Both the position numbers and the translations under genes were made by a program. The notes beneath the pieces are model-generated. The model was not told where the DNA came from. It saw only the letters and a list, made by a program, of their open reading frames with translations, and did not search any database. DNA of 63,770 bases, the filler included, from Stramenopiles sp. TOSAG23-3 (taxonomy: Eukaryota), in NCBI GenBank assembly GCA_900128585.1. It is 5 parts of 5 records of this genome, joined end to end, with 100 filler letters (N's around TTAATTAATTAA, not from the genome) between each part and the next. Parts side by side here need not be neighbours in the genome. Positions count along the whole stretch, not along the records: positions 28,698 to 57,129 come from LT642246.1; 4 more parts are not named here. One strand, written 5' to 3'. This document shows, piece after piece, positions 31,627 through 43,800 of this stretch. Each line of letters begins with the position of its first letter. Within the stretch, counting starts at the first letter, position 1.

Positions 31627-32663
31627 TTACCATGGGCTGCTGTTTGTCCGCCTGATGCAGAGGCTTTTGGGGGGCGTTTTAGGCCTACGGGTGGAGCGAC
31701 TTCCTTCATCTATAGATTCGTTGCTTCTACGACGTTTTAGAACTCTGCCCTCCCCCGTGCCCCGTTTCCCCGAATCCCCTGTCTCCGGGGCAGTACCTAA
31801 TTTAAGTGACAATATTCTGCTGGACGTTCGACTAGTTGAAAGTTGATAGAGTATCGGCAAAGTAACTTCGCACCGTCCCAGTATGGAGTGCACAAGGTTT
31901 TCGTCCTTCAACCGATGCGTCTGGCTTAAAAAGTTCTCGTCTGATGCCAAGTTGAAATTGTACACTGGTATTTGCCTCCGCCTTGCTTCTAATATTGCAT
32001 TTAGCGTAATACCGACGGAAAACGAAGTCCCAACAAAAACAAGAATGGATGGGACTCATAGTCTTCGTCAAAAAACAGTGCTTGGGGCAGCAAAGCCTCT
32101 CCGCACCCCTCACATTTTGGGGGCGTGTCCAGCGTCCACGCGTCTTCAGAAGGCATCTCGCCCTTTCGTTTTGTACCCTTTTTCTTGCCAGAAACGCGGG
32201 GGCGGGAAAAGTCCAGGGGCACGCTGTTCAAGGTTTTCTGCTCGTTTGGGCAACCCGCGGTAACGCACTTGTACTTGTCTAAATGCCCGTGGACTTCGAC
32301 TAGCTGCTCGTCGGGAACATAATGTTTCCCTCTGAGATGAAGGCCATCGATGTTTTGCGTAATCACCCGAACGCCTTTGAAACGCCGTGCTAGCAAGGCA
32401 ACCGTTCGGTGGCCTACGTTCGGCTTGGCTGTTAAGTACGACTTTTTATGATGCGTCGCCAGCCAAAACGTGTTGTACCACTCCAGTGGATCTTTCAAAA
32501 ACTTTTCGCGAGTCCCCCACTTATATACAAAGTTACTCCAGGTCGCATCTTTTCCCCCACGGTACGTCGGGATGCCAGAAGCAACCGATAGGCCCGCACC
32601 GGTTATAAACACAACCCGCGACGCTTCCCCCTTCTCTTTCAGCAAACTTGCCAGGCTCTCCAT
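31627..32663 (-). pseudogene. Sirtuin (SIR2-family NAD-dependent deacylase), frameshifted near 32040; pseudogene or assembly error
   Basis: GAGLSVASGIPTYRG, TQNIDGLH, HG, zinc cysteines and LFFDE lie in one frame; ILVFVGTSFSVG...YNFN lies in another frame. Confidence 0.82.
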
Positions 32664-32994
32664 GACTAGGCTGTTCTTTCGCAACAGGCACACAAAATCC
32701 CAATATATATATATGTTCAAGCAAAAAAACATACACCCTTCCTTCGATTTCTTCTAACGCATTTTTATTTCTTTATCTTAATCAATTGGAAATGTTCTCC
32801 ACTCACCAACTCCGACTATTATTAAATTACGATCATCTTCTTCTTCAAGAAGAAGAAGAAGAAGAAGAAAAAGAAGAAAAAAAAGAAGAAGATTATACAT
32901 TATGGTTATGATTAGGGCATTTGTATTTCAGTGAAGAAAATGAAAATGACACAGATGACGCTCCAACATAAATAACATTCGAATAGTACAGGAT

Positions 32995-33004
32995 TAGACG
33001 ACTA
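32995..33004. promoter_or_regulatory. TAGACGACTA motif
   Basis: Exact 10-mer in the divergent sirtuin/leuA spacer. Confidence 0.6.
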
Positions 33005-33112
33005 CTCCCCATCTAAATAATTATTTATAACGTCCTTCTTCTGTGCTGTGTGACCATATATTATTATTATAATCAAAAAACTTCTTTCTTTTTTCTTCTT
33101 CCTGTTGTATTG

Positions 33113-33189
33113 TTATTATTATGTATATAATTATAACAAGGAGAGCGCTTATTATTATTATGTATATAATTATAACAAGGAGAGCGCTT
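33113..33189. repeat. 39-bp tandem duplication
   Basis: TTATTATTATGTATATAATTATAACAAGGAGAGCGCTT occurs twice. Confidence 0.95.
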
Positions 33190-33406
33190 TTTTTACTTTC
33201 TTTTTAAGATAGAAATAGCACCACCATAATGTAGAGAAAACCGTGTTGTTGAAAACCACCACGGTAATTAAAAGTCGTCCGTCCACTACAAGAAAGAAGT
33301 AAAGAGATAGAAAAGAGTTTTGACTGAATGCGAGGGATGGATTTAAGTGTTTATTCATTGGAAAATGTTTGTTTTTGAGGTGGAAACTTCTGGTGTGTAG
33401 CTGTGA

Positions 33407-35206
33407 ATGCGAACGATGTGGAAGAAATTTGTCTCCCGTTCCCTTATCGGGCAGCGCCTTGTGCGAGGGCCTGGTTGCGGCAAGCAAAGAGGCGGCGCAG
33501 CCTTTTCAAACCGATGTTTCTCGTCAGCTAGTAGCGACCAACTTTTTGTATTCGACACTACACTGCGAGACGGTGAACAGTCCCCTGGTGCCACGTTAAA
33601 TGTTGAAGAAAAACTGACGATTGCGAAGCAGCTGTGCCTTCTAGGGGTTGATATTTGTGAGGCGGGTTTTCCTGTCTCGTCCCCCGGGGACTTTGAGGCG
33701 GTGAACCTGATCGCAAAAGAAGTCGGTCCAATGACACAAAACCGAGTGTCCCGGACGCCGATGCGAATTTGTGGGTTGGCAAGGGCAAAGGAAAAAGATA
33801 TTGAAGTATGCTACGATGCAGTCAAGAGCGCCCCACTTCATCGTATCCATACGTTTTTGGCGACGAGTGACATTCACTTGGAACACAAACTTTTTATTAC
33901 CCGAGAAGAGTGCATCCGACGTAGCTACGACGCGGTGAAATTTGCTTCGAAGCTTATTCGCGAAAACTCGCCCAACGGGACCGGCGATGTTGAGTTTTCC
34001 GCGGAAGACGCTGCACGGACGGACCCTGACTTTCTTGTGGATGTCTTTACGGCCGCGATAGAGGCCGGTGCTACCACCATCAATGTTCCTGACACCGTCG
34101 GGTACAGCCTGCCGCGCGAGTTTGGGGACTTGATCAAGTACTTGCGCTCGAACGTGAAAGGGGCAGAGGACGTTATATTTAGTGCCCACTGCCACGATGA
34201 TTTAGGTTTGGCGACGGCAAACACCCTGGAGGCAGTTGTTAATGGAGTGCGGCAGGTAGAGCTAACGTGCAACGGCATTGGTGAGCGAGCGGGGAACACG
34301 TGCCTCGAAGAAGTGGTGATGGCGGTCAAAACAAGGCCTGAGTTGGTTCCTGTGTACACAAATATCGATAGCCGGCGTTTGAACGTGTCCAGTAAAATGG
34401 TATCGTCCCTCACGGGCATGACAGTTCAGCCGAACAAAGCGATAGTTGGAAAGAACGCGTTTTTGCACGAAGCTGGTATCCATCAAGATGGTGTGTTGAA
34501 GCACAGACAAAGTTATGAGATCATTGATCCAGCGTCCGTCGGCGTGACGACTGAAAACTTAATTCTGGGAAAGCACAGTGGCCGTAGAGCCTACGAAAGT
34601 CGACTTTTTGAACTTGGGTACGACAACTTGTCGGAGGATGAAGTGAACATGCTTGTTGAGAAATACAAAATGATTGCTGACGAAAAGAAGGTGGTAACAG
34701 ACGGTGACCTGGAAGCCGTGGTCTTTGACAAAATATACCATCCCCTGGTCAACTGGGAACTCGCCGGCCTCCACGTCACGGCAGGGAACCAAGTCAGGCC
34801 GACCGCCACGGTGACGCTTCGGGACATCAACGGGGAGGAGTACACCGGTGTCAGCATTGGAACAGGTCCTGTCGACGCGGTGCTTTCCGCCATTGATGAA
34901 ATAACGAAGATTGACTGTTCCCTTACGGACTATGCCATCAAAACGGTGACGCACGGCCCGAGTTCGATGGGGAATGTAACTGTGAGAATAGCCCCTTCAG
35001 ATTTGACAGCGCCGACATTGAAGAACCCACAGTCGAGTCAACTTAAAGTCAGGCAGTTCATGGGTGTTGGTACAGATGTAGATATTATTATAGCGAGTGC
35101 GAAAGCGTATCTGAGTGCCATTTCTCGTAAGGACGAATGGGACAAAAGGCGGCTCTCGAGGGAAACGCCAGAAAGAAAGGTCAGAGAAGATGCGGAAATC
35201 GTATAA
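33407..35206 (+). CDS. leuA: 2-isopropylmalate synthase with probable mitochondrial presequence
   Basis: FDTTLRDGEQSPG, HCHDDLG, NGIGERAGN, HEAGIHQDG and LGKHSGR motifs; C-terminal regulatory domain (GTGPVDA); Arg/Ser-rich N-terminal extension. Confidence 0.97.
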   Translation: MRTMWKKFVSRSLIGQRLVRGPGCGKQRGGAAFSNRCFSSASSDQLFVFDTTLRDGEQSPGATLNVEEKLTIAKQLCLLGVDICEAGFPVSSPGDFEAVNLIAKEVGPMTQNRVSRTPMRICGLARAKEKDIEVCYDAVKSAPLHRIHTFLATSDIHLEHKLFITREECIRRSYDAVKFASKLIRENSPNGTGDVEFSAEDAARTDPDFLVDVFTAAIEAGATTINVPDTVGYSLPREFGDLIKYLRSNVKGAEDVIFSAHCHDDLGLATANTLEAVVNGVRQVELTCNGIGERAGNTCLEEVVMAVKTRPELVPVYTNIDSRRLNVSSKMVSSLTGMTVQPNKAIVGKNAFLHEAGIHQDGVLKHRQSYEIIDPASVGVTTENLILGKHSGRRAYESRLFELGYDNLSEDEVNMLVEKYKMIADEKKVVTDGDLEAVVFDKIYHPLVNWELAGLHVTAGNQVRPTATVTLRDINGEEYTGVSIGTGPVDAVLSAIDEITKIDCSLTDYAIKTVTHGPSSMGNVTVRIAPSDLTAPTLKNPQSSQLKVRQFMGVGTDVDIIIASAKAYLSAISRKDEWDKRRLSRETPERKVREDAEIV

Positions 35207-35304
35207 AGAAGAGGAAGAAGAATTTGTTTGTAGAAAAAGTAAAAACTAAGTAATTTTCTTATCTCATATATTTTGGTTTTTTATTTTCTTATCTCTCTTC
35301 TCTC

Positions 35305-36543
35305 TTATAATCGAACCAAGCTAGGGACAAGTCGTTCGTCCAAACGTACGTCCTTCCTGTTCAGTTTGGAGCCTGGCCCAAGGTTTATGTTCGCGTGAGT
35401 CAATTTTGGGCAGGACAATGTCATGTTGTTGCTTTCCAAGTCCCGGCAACCGCTCAAGTCCAAGAACGTCAGTTCCTTTGATACAATCGTCAAATTGGTA
35501 ATGGCCAACATGCACAAGTCTAGACGAGAGACTTTTGGTACGTTCAATTCCACCGATTTGAGCTCTACGCACATGCCCACGTGAAAGTGTTCGAGGCTCG
35601 GCAGTGCGCCCAGCGTCACCACCGACTTGAGGTTCGCACAACCTTCTAGCAGTATTGTCCGGGCCTTTGGCATCACCGTGAATTGTATTGTTTTCAGTCT
35701 GTAGCAGAAACTCAAGTCAATGGTTTCCAGATTTGGCGTTTCAGTCCCTGACAAAAATGAATTAAGCCTCCCTTCGTCCAACTTTCGGCAGTAGGACAGG
35801 TCCAACGTTCGCAGCTTACCCAGCTGGTTACCACAGAGGGGGCCCACGGTCAACGAGTTCAAGCTGACGCAATGGGAAAAGCAGAGCTCTTCCACTCTCA
35901 CCATGTTCAGCTCCACATCTTGCAACTTGCTGCACCCATCGAAATTGGCCCTGCAAAGTTCTGGGCACTGCATTGCCAACGCGGCAACGTGCTTGTCTTC
36001 CATCGTTCGCACACCACCTAGCTTGACATCAACGAGTGATTTTGAAAAAGATTGAACCAACGTGTCGAGCGTCTGAGGACGGAGAAAGAGGACTCCGGAC
36101 AGCCTCAAGCCTTCTAAGCGACTTGCCCAGCCTTGCGCCACCAAAATAGCTGGTAAATCTCTCCCGTTCACTTGCTTCATATCCAAACACCTGAGATCAG
36201 GGAGCCTCGCGACCATGTCGGCCAGCGTCTCGTTCGTCAAGCCTTTGCAGTTGTCGAACGTTAGCGACTTGACAAAAGGAAACTTGTCCGCAATGTGAGT
36301 GGTGATCCGACCGCTTTGCAGGGACAAGTGCGTCGGGATTTGTATTTCCGTACAAGCCTGAATGCATTTGTTCAAATGATTGGATACTAACGATGCGGTC
36401 ATGATATCATTCAACGACAAATAAGAAAACACTATCGCAAACAAATCCTCGGGCAAAAGCGCCGACTGGGGGCGTAAGGCGGTAGCAGTCGACGGGCTGG
36501 TGGCGGCACACGGTTCCGCCAGGGACGATACAATCGAAGTCAT
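35305..36543 (-). CDS. F-box/leucine-rich repeat protein
   Basis: F-box LPEDLFAIVFSYL followed by Cys-containing LRRs (LRTLDLSYC, LTFLDLSGC). Confidence 0.92.
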   Translation of the reverse strand: MTSIVSSLAEPCAATSPSTATALRPQSALLPEDLFAIVFSYLSLNDIMTASLVSNHLNKCIQACTEIQIPTHLSLQSGRITTHIADKFPFVKSLTFDNCKGLTNETLADMVARLPDLRCLDMKQVNGRDLPAILVAQGWASRLEGLRLSGVLFLRPQTLDTLVQSFSKSLVDVKLGGVRTMEDKHVAALAMQCPELCRANFDGCSKLQDVELNMVRVEELCFSHCVSLNSLTVGPLCGNQLGKLRTLDLSYCRKLDEGRLNSFLSGTETPNLETIDLSFCYRLKTIQFTVMPKARTILLEGCANLKSVVTLGALPSLEHFHVGMCVELKSVELNVPKVSRLDLCMLAITNLTIVSKELTFLDLSGCRDLESNNMTLSCPKLTHANINLGPGSKLNRKDVRLDERLVPSLVRL

Positions 36544-37025
36544 TTCGAACCTTGCTGTTGTTGGTGATCTCTCCGGGGTGCAGTCGTGTGTAGCGAAAGA
36601 TTTCGTCGTTTAATCAAAGCATAAGAATAATTGAATTCACAATGATGTTAACCAACCAAAATACACTTTCAATAGTTGTTGTTGATGATTTTATTGATAA
36701 ATAGATACTCTATATATAATCCATTGTAAAATATTTAAATCAAATTCAAAAAAAGTATTTTATTAAAAAAATTATTCAAGGTAGTTCGTAGGTTGTAGTA
36801 GGCACCTACCTACCGGTAAATTTAATATTTTTTATTATTCTACCTACTATTATCGTACAACATAAGGACATCTGAGAAGAGAAGGAGAAAAAGAGGAAAA
36901 AAACAACGACTTTTTTTATGTTGTAGTTGATGTTGTGAGTAGGGTTATAAAATTTAATCGTTACGAGATACGAGAGGCGAGAGGGTGGAGGATGATTGGT
37001 TTATTTTATTTAGTTGTTATTTGAC

Positions 37026-37035
37026 TAGACGACTA
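37026..37035. promoter_or_regulatory. TAGACGACTA motif (extended ACTAGACGACTAGT)
   Basis: Exact 10-mer in a divergent spacer. Confidence 0.6.
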
Positions 37036-37896
37036 GTTTCCTTGCCTATTCTATTATTCTTGTATTTATTGATGAATATGAAAAATCTGTAATACTCTGT
37101 CCCTGTTAAAGACTTTTTTACAGAGTGTTCAAAACAGAAGATTGTTGAAGATTATGATATTATCTCGCGTCGGGAGGAGGTCGGGATCGTATTATAAATA
37201 TTATTATATATTTTTGGTTTTTTTGCTAAAAAAAAAATTAATTATTATTTTTCTCTAAAAAAAAAGAAGAAGGACGTTGAATTGTCGCATTTCTTTACCA
37301 TGGGTATAGCGTAGGAATACACTAATAATTTTTTTTTTTTAATAAAATAATAATTATATTACAACAACAACACCACCACCATCATCATCATCAACAATAA
37401 TAATAATAAATAATAAAAATAATTGCGCGAAGAATCGGGGAACGAAAATGCCCACATCGTAATGAAGTAAGTAAGTGAAGAAGGCCGAAAAGAATTACCC
37501 TCGTATAAAAGATCGTCCGTTGTAAAGAGGTTGTAATAAATTAATTGAATGAACAGTTTAATACTTCGTTTTCAAGAAAATCTAGTTATTCTGTTTTTAT
37601 CCAGGAAACCAAGGTTTACTACCAGCGAATCCACCACAGGCTGCCTACAGAAAAAATCTTGGTCCATCGTGCGGTGCCTTCCAAGACTAGTAAGAGCAAT
37701 GTGTTTGTCGCAAATTTTGTATCGTATCGGTTTTGTATAGAAATATGTTGACAGTCTGAACACAATCAAATTGTACATCAGTGTCCAACTGTTATAGTCA
37801 TTGTAAATAGGTGTTGGCCTGGTTGTTTTTGGATTAAGAGGTAGTTGTCTTAACCAGTCCGTCGTCCCGTGGGTGTATATTTAAAGAAGCGCAACA

Positions 37897-40800
37897 ATGT
37901 CTTCTTTATTAGCTTGTCTTTTTTCGTCTCGGTTGGTCTTTCCAACGTTAGTCGTCCATTTATGGACATTTTTTTTGATGTTGTCATTTGTTACGTGTGT
38001 TCAGGAATCAGGAGGTGTTACAAGTGGTACAATTAGCAAACCATTTTTGGTGCCTTTGGGGTACATCCCGCAGGTACAATTTTTCCTCTCTGAGTTGAAC
38101 ACTTGTAAATATAGCAACAAACAAATAAAAGATTACGTTCTCGGAATGGAGTCGATGTCACCCTACTATGTTGGGTCCAAGTCACCATCTACATTGCCGC
38201 GAAAGAATTTTTACTTTGTAAAGTTCCAAAATTTTTCGTCCGACTCCGGTGTTGCCGGGCGTGTGAATAGTGACATAGACGAGCGCGGTGGCGTTCTCAA
38301 ACGTATACGAGCAAGAACCGCCAATAGCAAGCACATCGCCGGGGGTTCGGGTGCAAATGCAGGTGCTGAGCACTGGGAAGTTTATCGAAATTACGCTCCT
38401 ATTGCTGCAGAGATCTCAGACGTAACGTGTCCGCCAAATCCGTATAGCAATGCTTTAGTTCGATGCACACTTCTTGTTAAAGACATTTTTGGTGAGCCCA
38501 CTACCGTTAAATCGAGGCACATTCAGAGCAAATTTTCCTCGTTCCAGGCGCGGTATGAAGGTAGGTATGATCCTACTTCGTTCGCGCCTGATTTGAATGA
38601 GGTGGGAAAGGTTTATGTATCTTTCATCGTTCCCCAGGAAAGTGGGCAAAGCACCAAGGCCGTGCAGATCGCTTTCGCGGATTACTTTATCGGTGCAAAC
38701 AACGGTTCCACCGTCACGGTAAGTCCGCAGGCTGCAGTGGAGAAGCAATCTATCCTGGACATAGACATTCGCTTCACAGGGGTGCCCCTTGAAGTGCTTA
38801 ACCAAGGAATCCTGCCGCAGCAGCTTCTTTTGGCAGGGCTGGTTCGGGGGGCGGGTTTGGAAAATAAGGTGCACGCCGTCCCGAAAGATGTGTACCCGTG
38901 CCCAGAGGCTGAGCGTTGCGCTCTGGCAGATTCGAGGCCTACGCACGACACCAGGACAGACCAGTCTGACCGTGAGGAGAGCAGCAGCAGGAGACGAAGA
39001 TTGCGAGATGTAACAGATGCTGCAGAGCCCCGCAGCTTACGATACAAAGACCCGAGGGATCCCTCGTTACCACCATCGGTGGCGCTGAGGTTTATGATGT
39101 ACGGTGAATATGGCAGCGTTCGGAAATTTATGGATGTTTTGGAGTTGACAGCATTTCGAGACCAGCATGTGATTGGAAATATTTCTGAAATGCTTTCCTC
39201 GGAACATGGAGAAGTGGACTTGCACGTCATAGAAGATATGCAAATTTCCTCGGTTCACCCCATTCGACTTGACGGTGACTACATCTTCACTTTGCCAAGA
39301 CAATCTGTGATAGCGGAAGACATCACATCCATGCTGTATGGTTTGGGCGTTGTCCTTCTGCTTTGTGTCTCAACGACGGTAACATGCTACGTGGTTCGAA
39401 GATTTGAACGAGCGCAATTGGAAAAGAGGCGTAAAAAGGCACAGAGGGAATGGGCACTGGCCCACCCAGAATGGAAAAAGAAGTACGAGTTTGCCAGCAA
39501 AGGTTCTGGATGGAAACCGCCCAAGCCCCCGAAACCAGCTAAACCTGGGGAACCAGTTACAGCGGAAATGCGCCTTGCCCAAATTAGGCATCTACGTGCC
39601 ATGCGTGCCTATCAGAGGGCAAACAAAATGATGGACGAGTACAACGATGCTGCTAAACTGTTGCAGAATATATGGAGGCAAAAACTTGCGAGGACTATTC
39701 TCAAGGCGCTCGTGCAGAAACGAAAAGAACTTTGGGCTACAAAGTTCATGCAAAGAGTCTGGCGCGGTAAGAAGGGACGAAAAGGTTTTGTAGAAATGCG
39801 CGATGCGGTGCGAGAGTTAAACAAAGCAGCCTTGTTGGTACAGAGGGTGTGGTACAAACGGAACAACATGTTCTCTACTTTCGTTTTGCTGCGCTCTTTG
39901 GGTCTCAAAGATAAGCAAGAACAAGACAGAAGGATTAGAGAATACTTTCAAAAGCGAGCTGCTGCAGTCAATTTGCTAAATTTGCACGTAAAACGATGGG
40001 TACGACGGCGGAACAGGCATGCAACAAATATACAGCGGGCGTGGCGCGGGTATAGCAGCCGGTTGGTTACTGCCGCGTTTAAATGTGAAGCAACTGAAGC
40101 AGCGTCCTTACTCCAAAAAATCTGGAGAGGCAAGGCAGGTCGGCGTGCGTGGATGAAAAATCTGGCTGAAATCCGCGAAAAAAACCTTGCCGCAGTTCGG
40201 TTGCAGCTGGCGTGGTATAGACACAATGGAGAATTTTCAACATTTGTTTTGATGCGATGCTTGTCCACGGCAGGAGAAAGAGCAGAAATCCAATACATAC
40301 AAGACGGGGTTCGATGGGAACGAAAAGCCGCAAGAACATTGGAGCGCGGCATCAAGGCATGGGTATTCCGGCGCAGGATCAGAGGTCTGGCAGCTCGACT
40401 AAGGACAGAAATGACACCTAGGCACAAAGTGCCACCTCCGCCAAAGAAAGAACCACGCTTGGAAAGCTCGCACGTTTCAAAAATCAAAGTTATGGCTACA
40501 GTCAGCGCAAGAGCACAAGCACGAAAAACGGAACCATACACGGCGAACGAAATATCTGATATACCTTCGGCTGCTGCTTCAAAGCCGAAGCCTCATCATC
40601 AAGTTGAGGCAGAAGTGTATCACAAACAGCCTCCAAGAAGTCGATTTGTGCCAAGTGGTAGACCATGGAGCAGGCCACCTCCTAAAGCTAGACCGCCCCC
40701 TAAGGCTAGACCGCCTCCAAGAGGGAGACCGCGTCCTCGTGGAAGACTTCCGGCAAGGGGGCGACCGCCTCAACGAAGACGGCTTCTACCTAGGGCGGAA

Positions 40801-43800
40801 CCTCGTCCCAGGGTGGGACCCCCTCCAAGAGCAAGACCGCCTCCAAGGGCGGGACCTCCTCCAAGAGCAAGGCCGTCTCCAAAGGCAGAAGTTCCCACAA
40901 AGGCTGAAGCTCCTCTCGAAGTAGATGCGCCCCTCAAAATAGAAGCCCTTCCCAAGACAGAAGCGCCCGCAAATGTAGAAGCCCCCCTCGAAGTAAAAGA
41001 GCCTCCCAACGCAGAAGTGCTCACAAAAGTAGAAGCTCCTCTAGACGTAGAAGCGCCTCTCAATGCAGAAGCGTCGCCAAAAAGAAAAGTTCCTGCCACG
41101 GCAGAAGCGCCTCTTGCAGTAGAAGTGCCTTCCAAGGTAGAATCGCCTGTTCAGGCAGAATTTTCTTCCAAGGTAGAATCCTCGCCTCTTCCACTACCTA
41201 AGAAGGTAGAGGCTATTACTGAAGTATCACAGAAAGGAGGTATCTCTGCAGCAGAACTAGAGCAAGTTGAAACTCCGTATAAGCCTGTGGTTGCGGTGAA
41301 GACTGATAGTAAACCAGTTAAATCTGTCCCTGTCAGGCGAGGCCCACCACCACGCGGTCTCGTAAGCTCCAGAGACTTGCCTCCACGCGGCCCTGTAAGC
41401 TCTAGGGGCCCACCGCCGCGCGGCCCCGTAAGTTCCAGAGGCCCGCCACCGCGGAGTTCATTTGGAAGGGGACCGCCGCTTCGAAGTCCGCTTGGAAGAG
41501 GGCCACCGCCACGTGGCAAGTTTGCTTCCAGGGGACCACCACCGCGAGGATCAAGGAGAGGGCCCCCTAGAGGCGGACGGCCTCCTCCACCCAGAGGTGG
41601 GCGTCCTCCCCGAAGAAGTGGTCGTCCTCCCATGCCAACTATGTCTCCTCAGCAGGCGAGAGAAAAATTACTGCTCACAAAGTCATTAAAAGAAGCGGAG
41701 AGAAAAGCTAACGATGCATTGGCGCGAGAGCAAAAGCAGCGAGAAGAAATTGCACGGGTAGAAAAGGAACGGAAGGACGCTGAAATGGAGCTGGAAAGAG
41801 AACGCCAGCAGCATGAGCAGCGCATTGCATGGCAAGAGCGAATGATGAAGAAAGACAAAGAACGTCTACAAAAAGAGATCTCGCGTCAAAGTGCCCGAGC
41901 TGCTCGCGAAATGGAGAAATTAAAAGAGGAGCTGTTGCTCCAGAAAAAGCGGCAAGAAGACGAAAGCAGCGCCAAGTTAGAAATTATAACTGTTCAAGAC
42001 GCTGAAATGAAACGTATGCGGAAATTGATGGAGCAGCAGGCAGAGGAAGCCCAGAAGATTATTGAATCGCAACTCACAGCGTTAAACGAAACCCAATCTC
42101 AAATGTCAAAAGAGAAAGAGAAAATACTGCTGACACAGAAAGAAATGCAACAAATGAAAGGTGACTTCGAAGCAGAAAAGGAAAGTCACATGGCAATGCT
42201 CAAAGAATCCAAGGTGAAGGAAGAAACTTCTGAAATCGATGCGCAGAAACAGCAAACGGAAGAATTGGACACGCTAAAACTTCAGTTTGAACGATACAAA
42301 ATTGAAGAGGAGCACAAGCGTATAGAAAGAGAAAGAAATGCAGAAAAGAAAAGGGAAGCGCTTGCAAATGTATTGCTACAAAAGCAAGCAAAACTAGAAA
42401 AAGAGCTTTCGGCAAGGCACGCACAACTGTTGGAAGCTAATGAGAAAGCAAAGGCATCGAGGGGAAACCCTTCCCCTGAACAGAGTGATTTACTTCACCA
42501 AGAAATGCTGAAACGTGAGCAAGCTCTACTTCATGAAATGGAGCGTAAAATGACTGAAGTGCAGAAAGAGAAGGAAGAACAAGAAAAAGCAATGAGACAG
42601 AAGTTGGAAGAGACGGCAGAACAACAGCGCCAGGCCATTGCAGAAAAGCAAAAAGAATGGGACGAGAAGCGGGAAGCGGAAGTAGAAAATCGTAAAAAGC
42701 AGTTGGTAGAAATGGAAAAACAACACCTTGAACAAATCGCTGAACGCAACAAACAGATTGAACTCATGAAAGAGCAAGAAAAGGCCCATAAAAATGATTT
42801 TATGAACAGAGAACATGAGTTCCAAAACATTCAAAAGGCGCGTGAAATCGAGCTGCGTGAAGCGCAAAAAAACACATTGGTAGAATTGCAAGGAAAAGAT
42901 TTGGAGTTGAAGAAAAAGGAATTCGCAGCAAAGGAGGCTGCTTTACAAGAACGATTTCAAGAGGAATCCAAGGCTCGAGAAGAAGCCTTCTTAAAACGTG
43001 AAGAACATATACAGAGAAAAGCTGAAGAAGATGCAAAACAAAAGAAAAAAGAAATTATTGAACAGTCTCAGAAACGGGCTCGCATGGCAACCTTAATGTC
43101 TCGTGCAAAAACACTGGCTCCCAAACCGGTGGCAACAAAAGACTCTGCTGTTACGGCGCAGAAGTTGGAAAATGAAAGAATGCTAGTTCAAAATAGAAAG
43201 GAGGCCCTTGATAAGGAATTGTTGGAAATTGAAAAGGCAAAGGAGCGAATGGAAGACGAAAGAAACCGCTTTGAAAGTGAGATGCAAGAAAAATTAAAGG
43301 TGTTAGAAGAGCAGAAAGCGGAAGAGTTGAGGGTGGCTTTGCAGAAGTTAAAGGATACGTCAAACACCGATAGCACTGGTAATTCTGAAATCAAGACGTT
43401 AGAATACATGGCAGAGTTGGAGGCGCTTCGCGAGCAGCACCGTAAGGAAAAGGAAAGCGTGGCACAGGTAGACCAGCATCGCTTGAAATTAGAACAGCAA
43501 AAGCAGAAAAAGCTGAAGTCTCGATCAGACGATATGGAACGGCAACTCACACAAATGAAATCCGACATGGAGCGGCTAAAGAAAGCTGACAAGGAGGCGA
43601 AGCTTCGAGAGGCCCAATTGCAAAAGGAGAAAGACGTTGAACTAGTAAGAGAGAGAGAGAAACGCATGTCTCTGCACTTTGCCAGCACTGTAAACGCTCA
43701 AAATACGAAGTCGGCACTTGAAAATGAAATAAGAGAAAAATTGCGACAGAAAGACTTGGAGCAGCAAAAGTTAGCACAGCAGCTTCGAGAAAAGTCCCTG

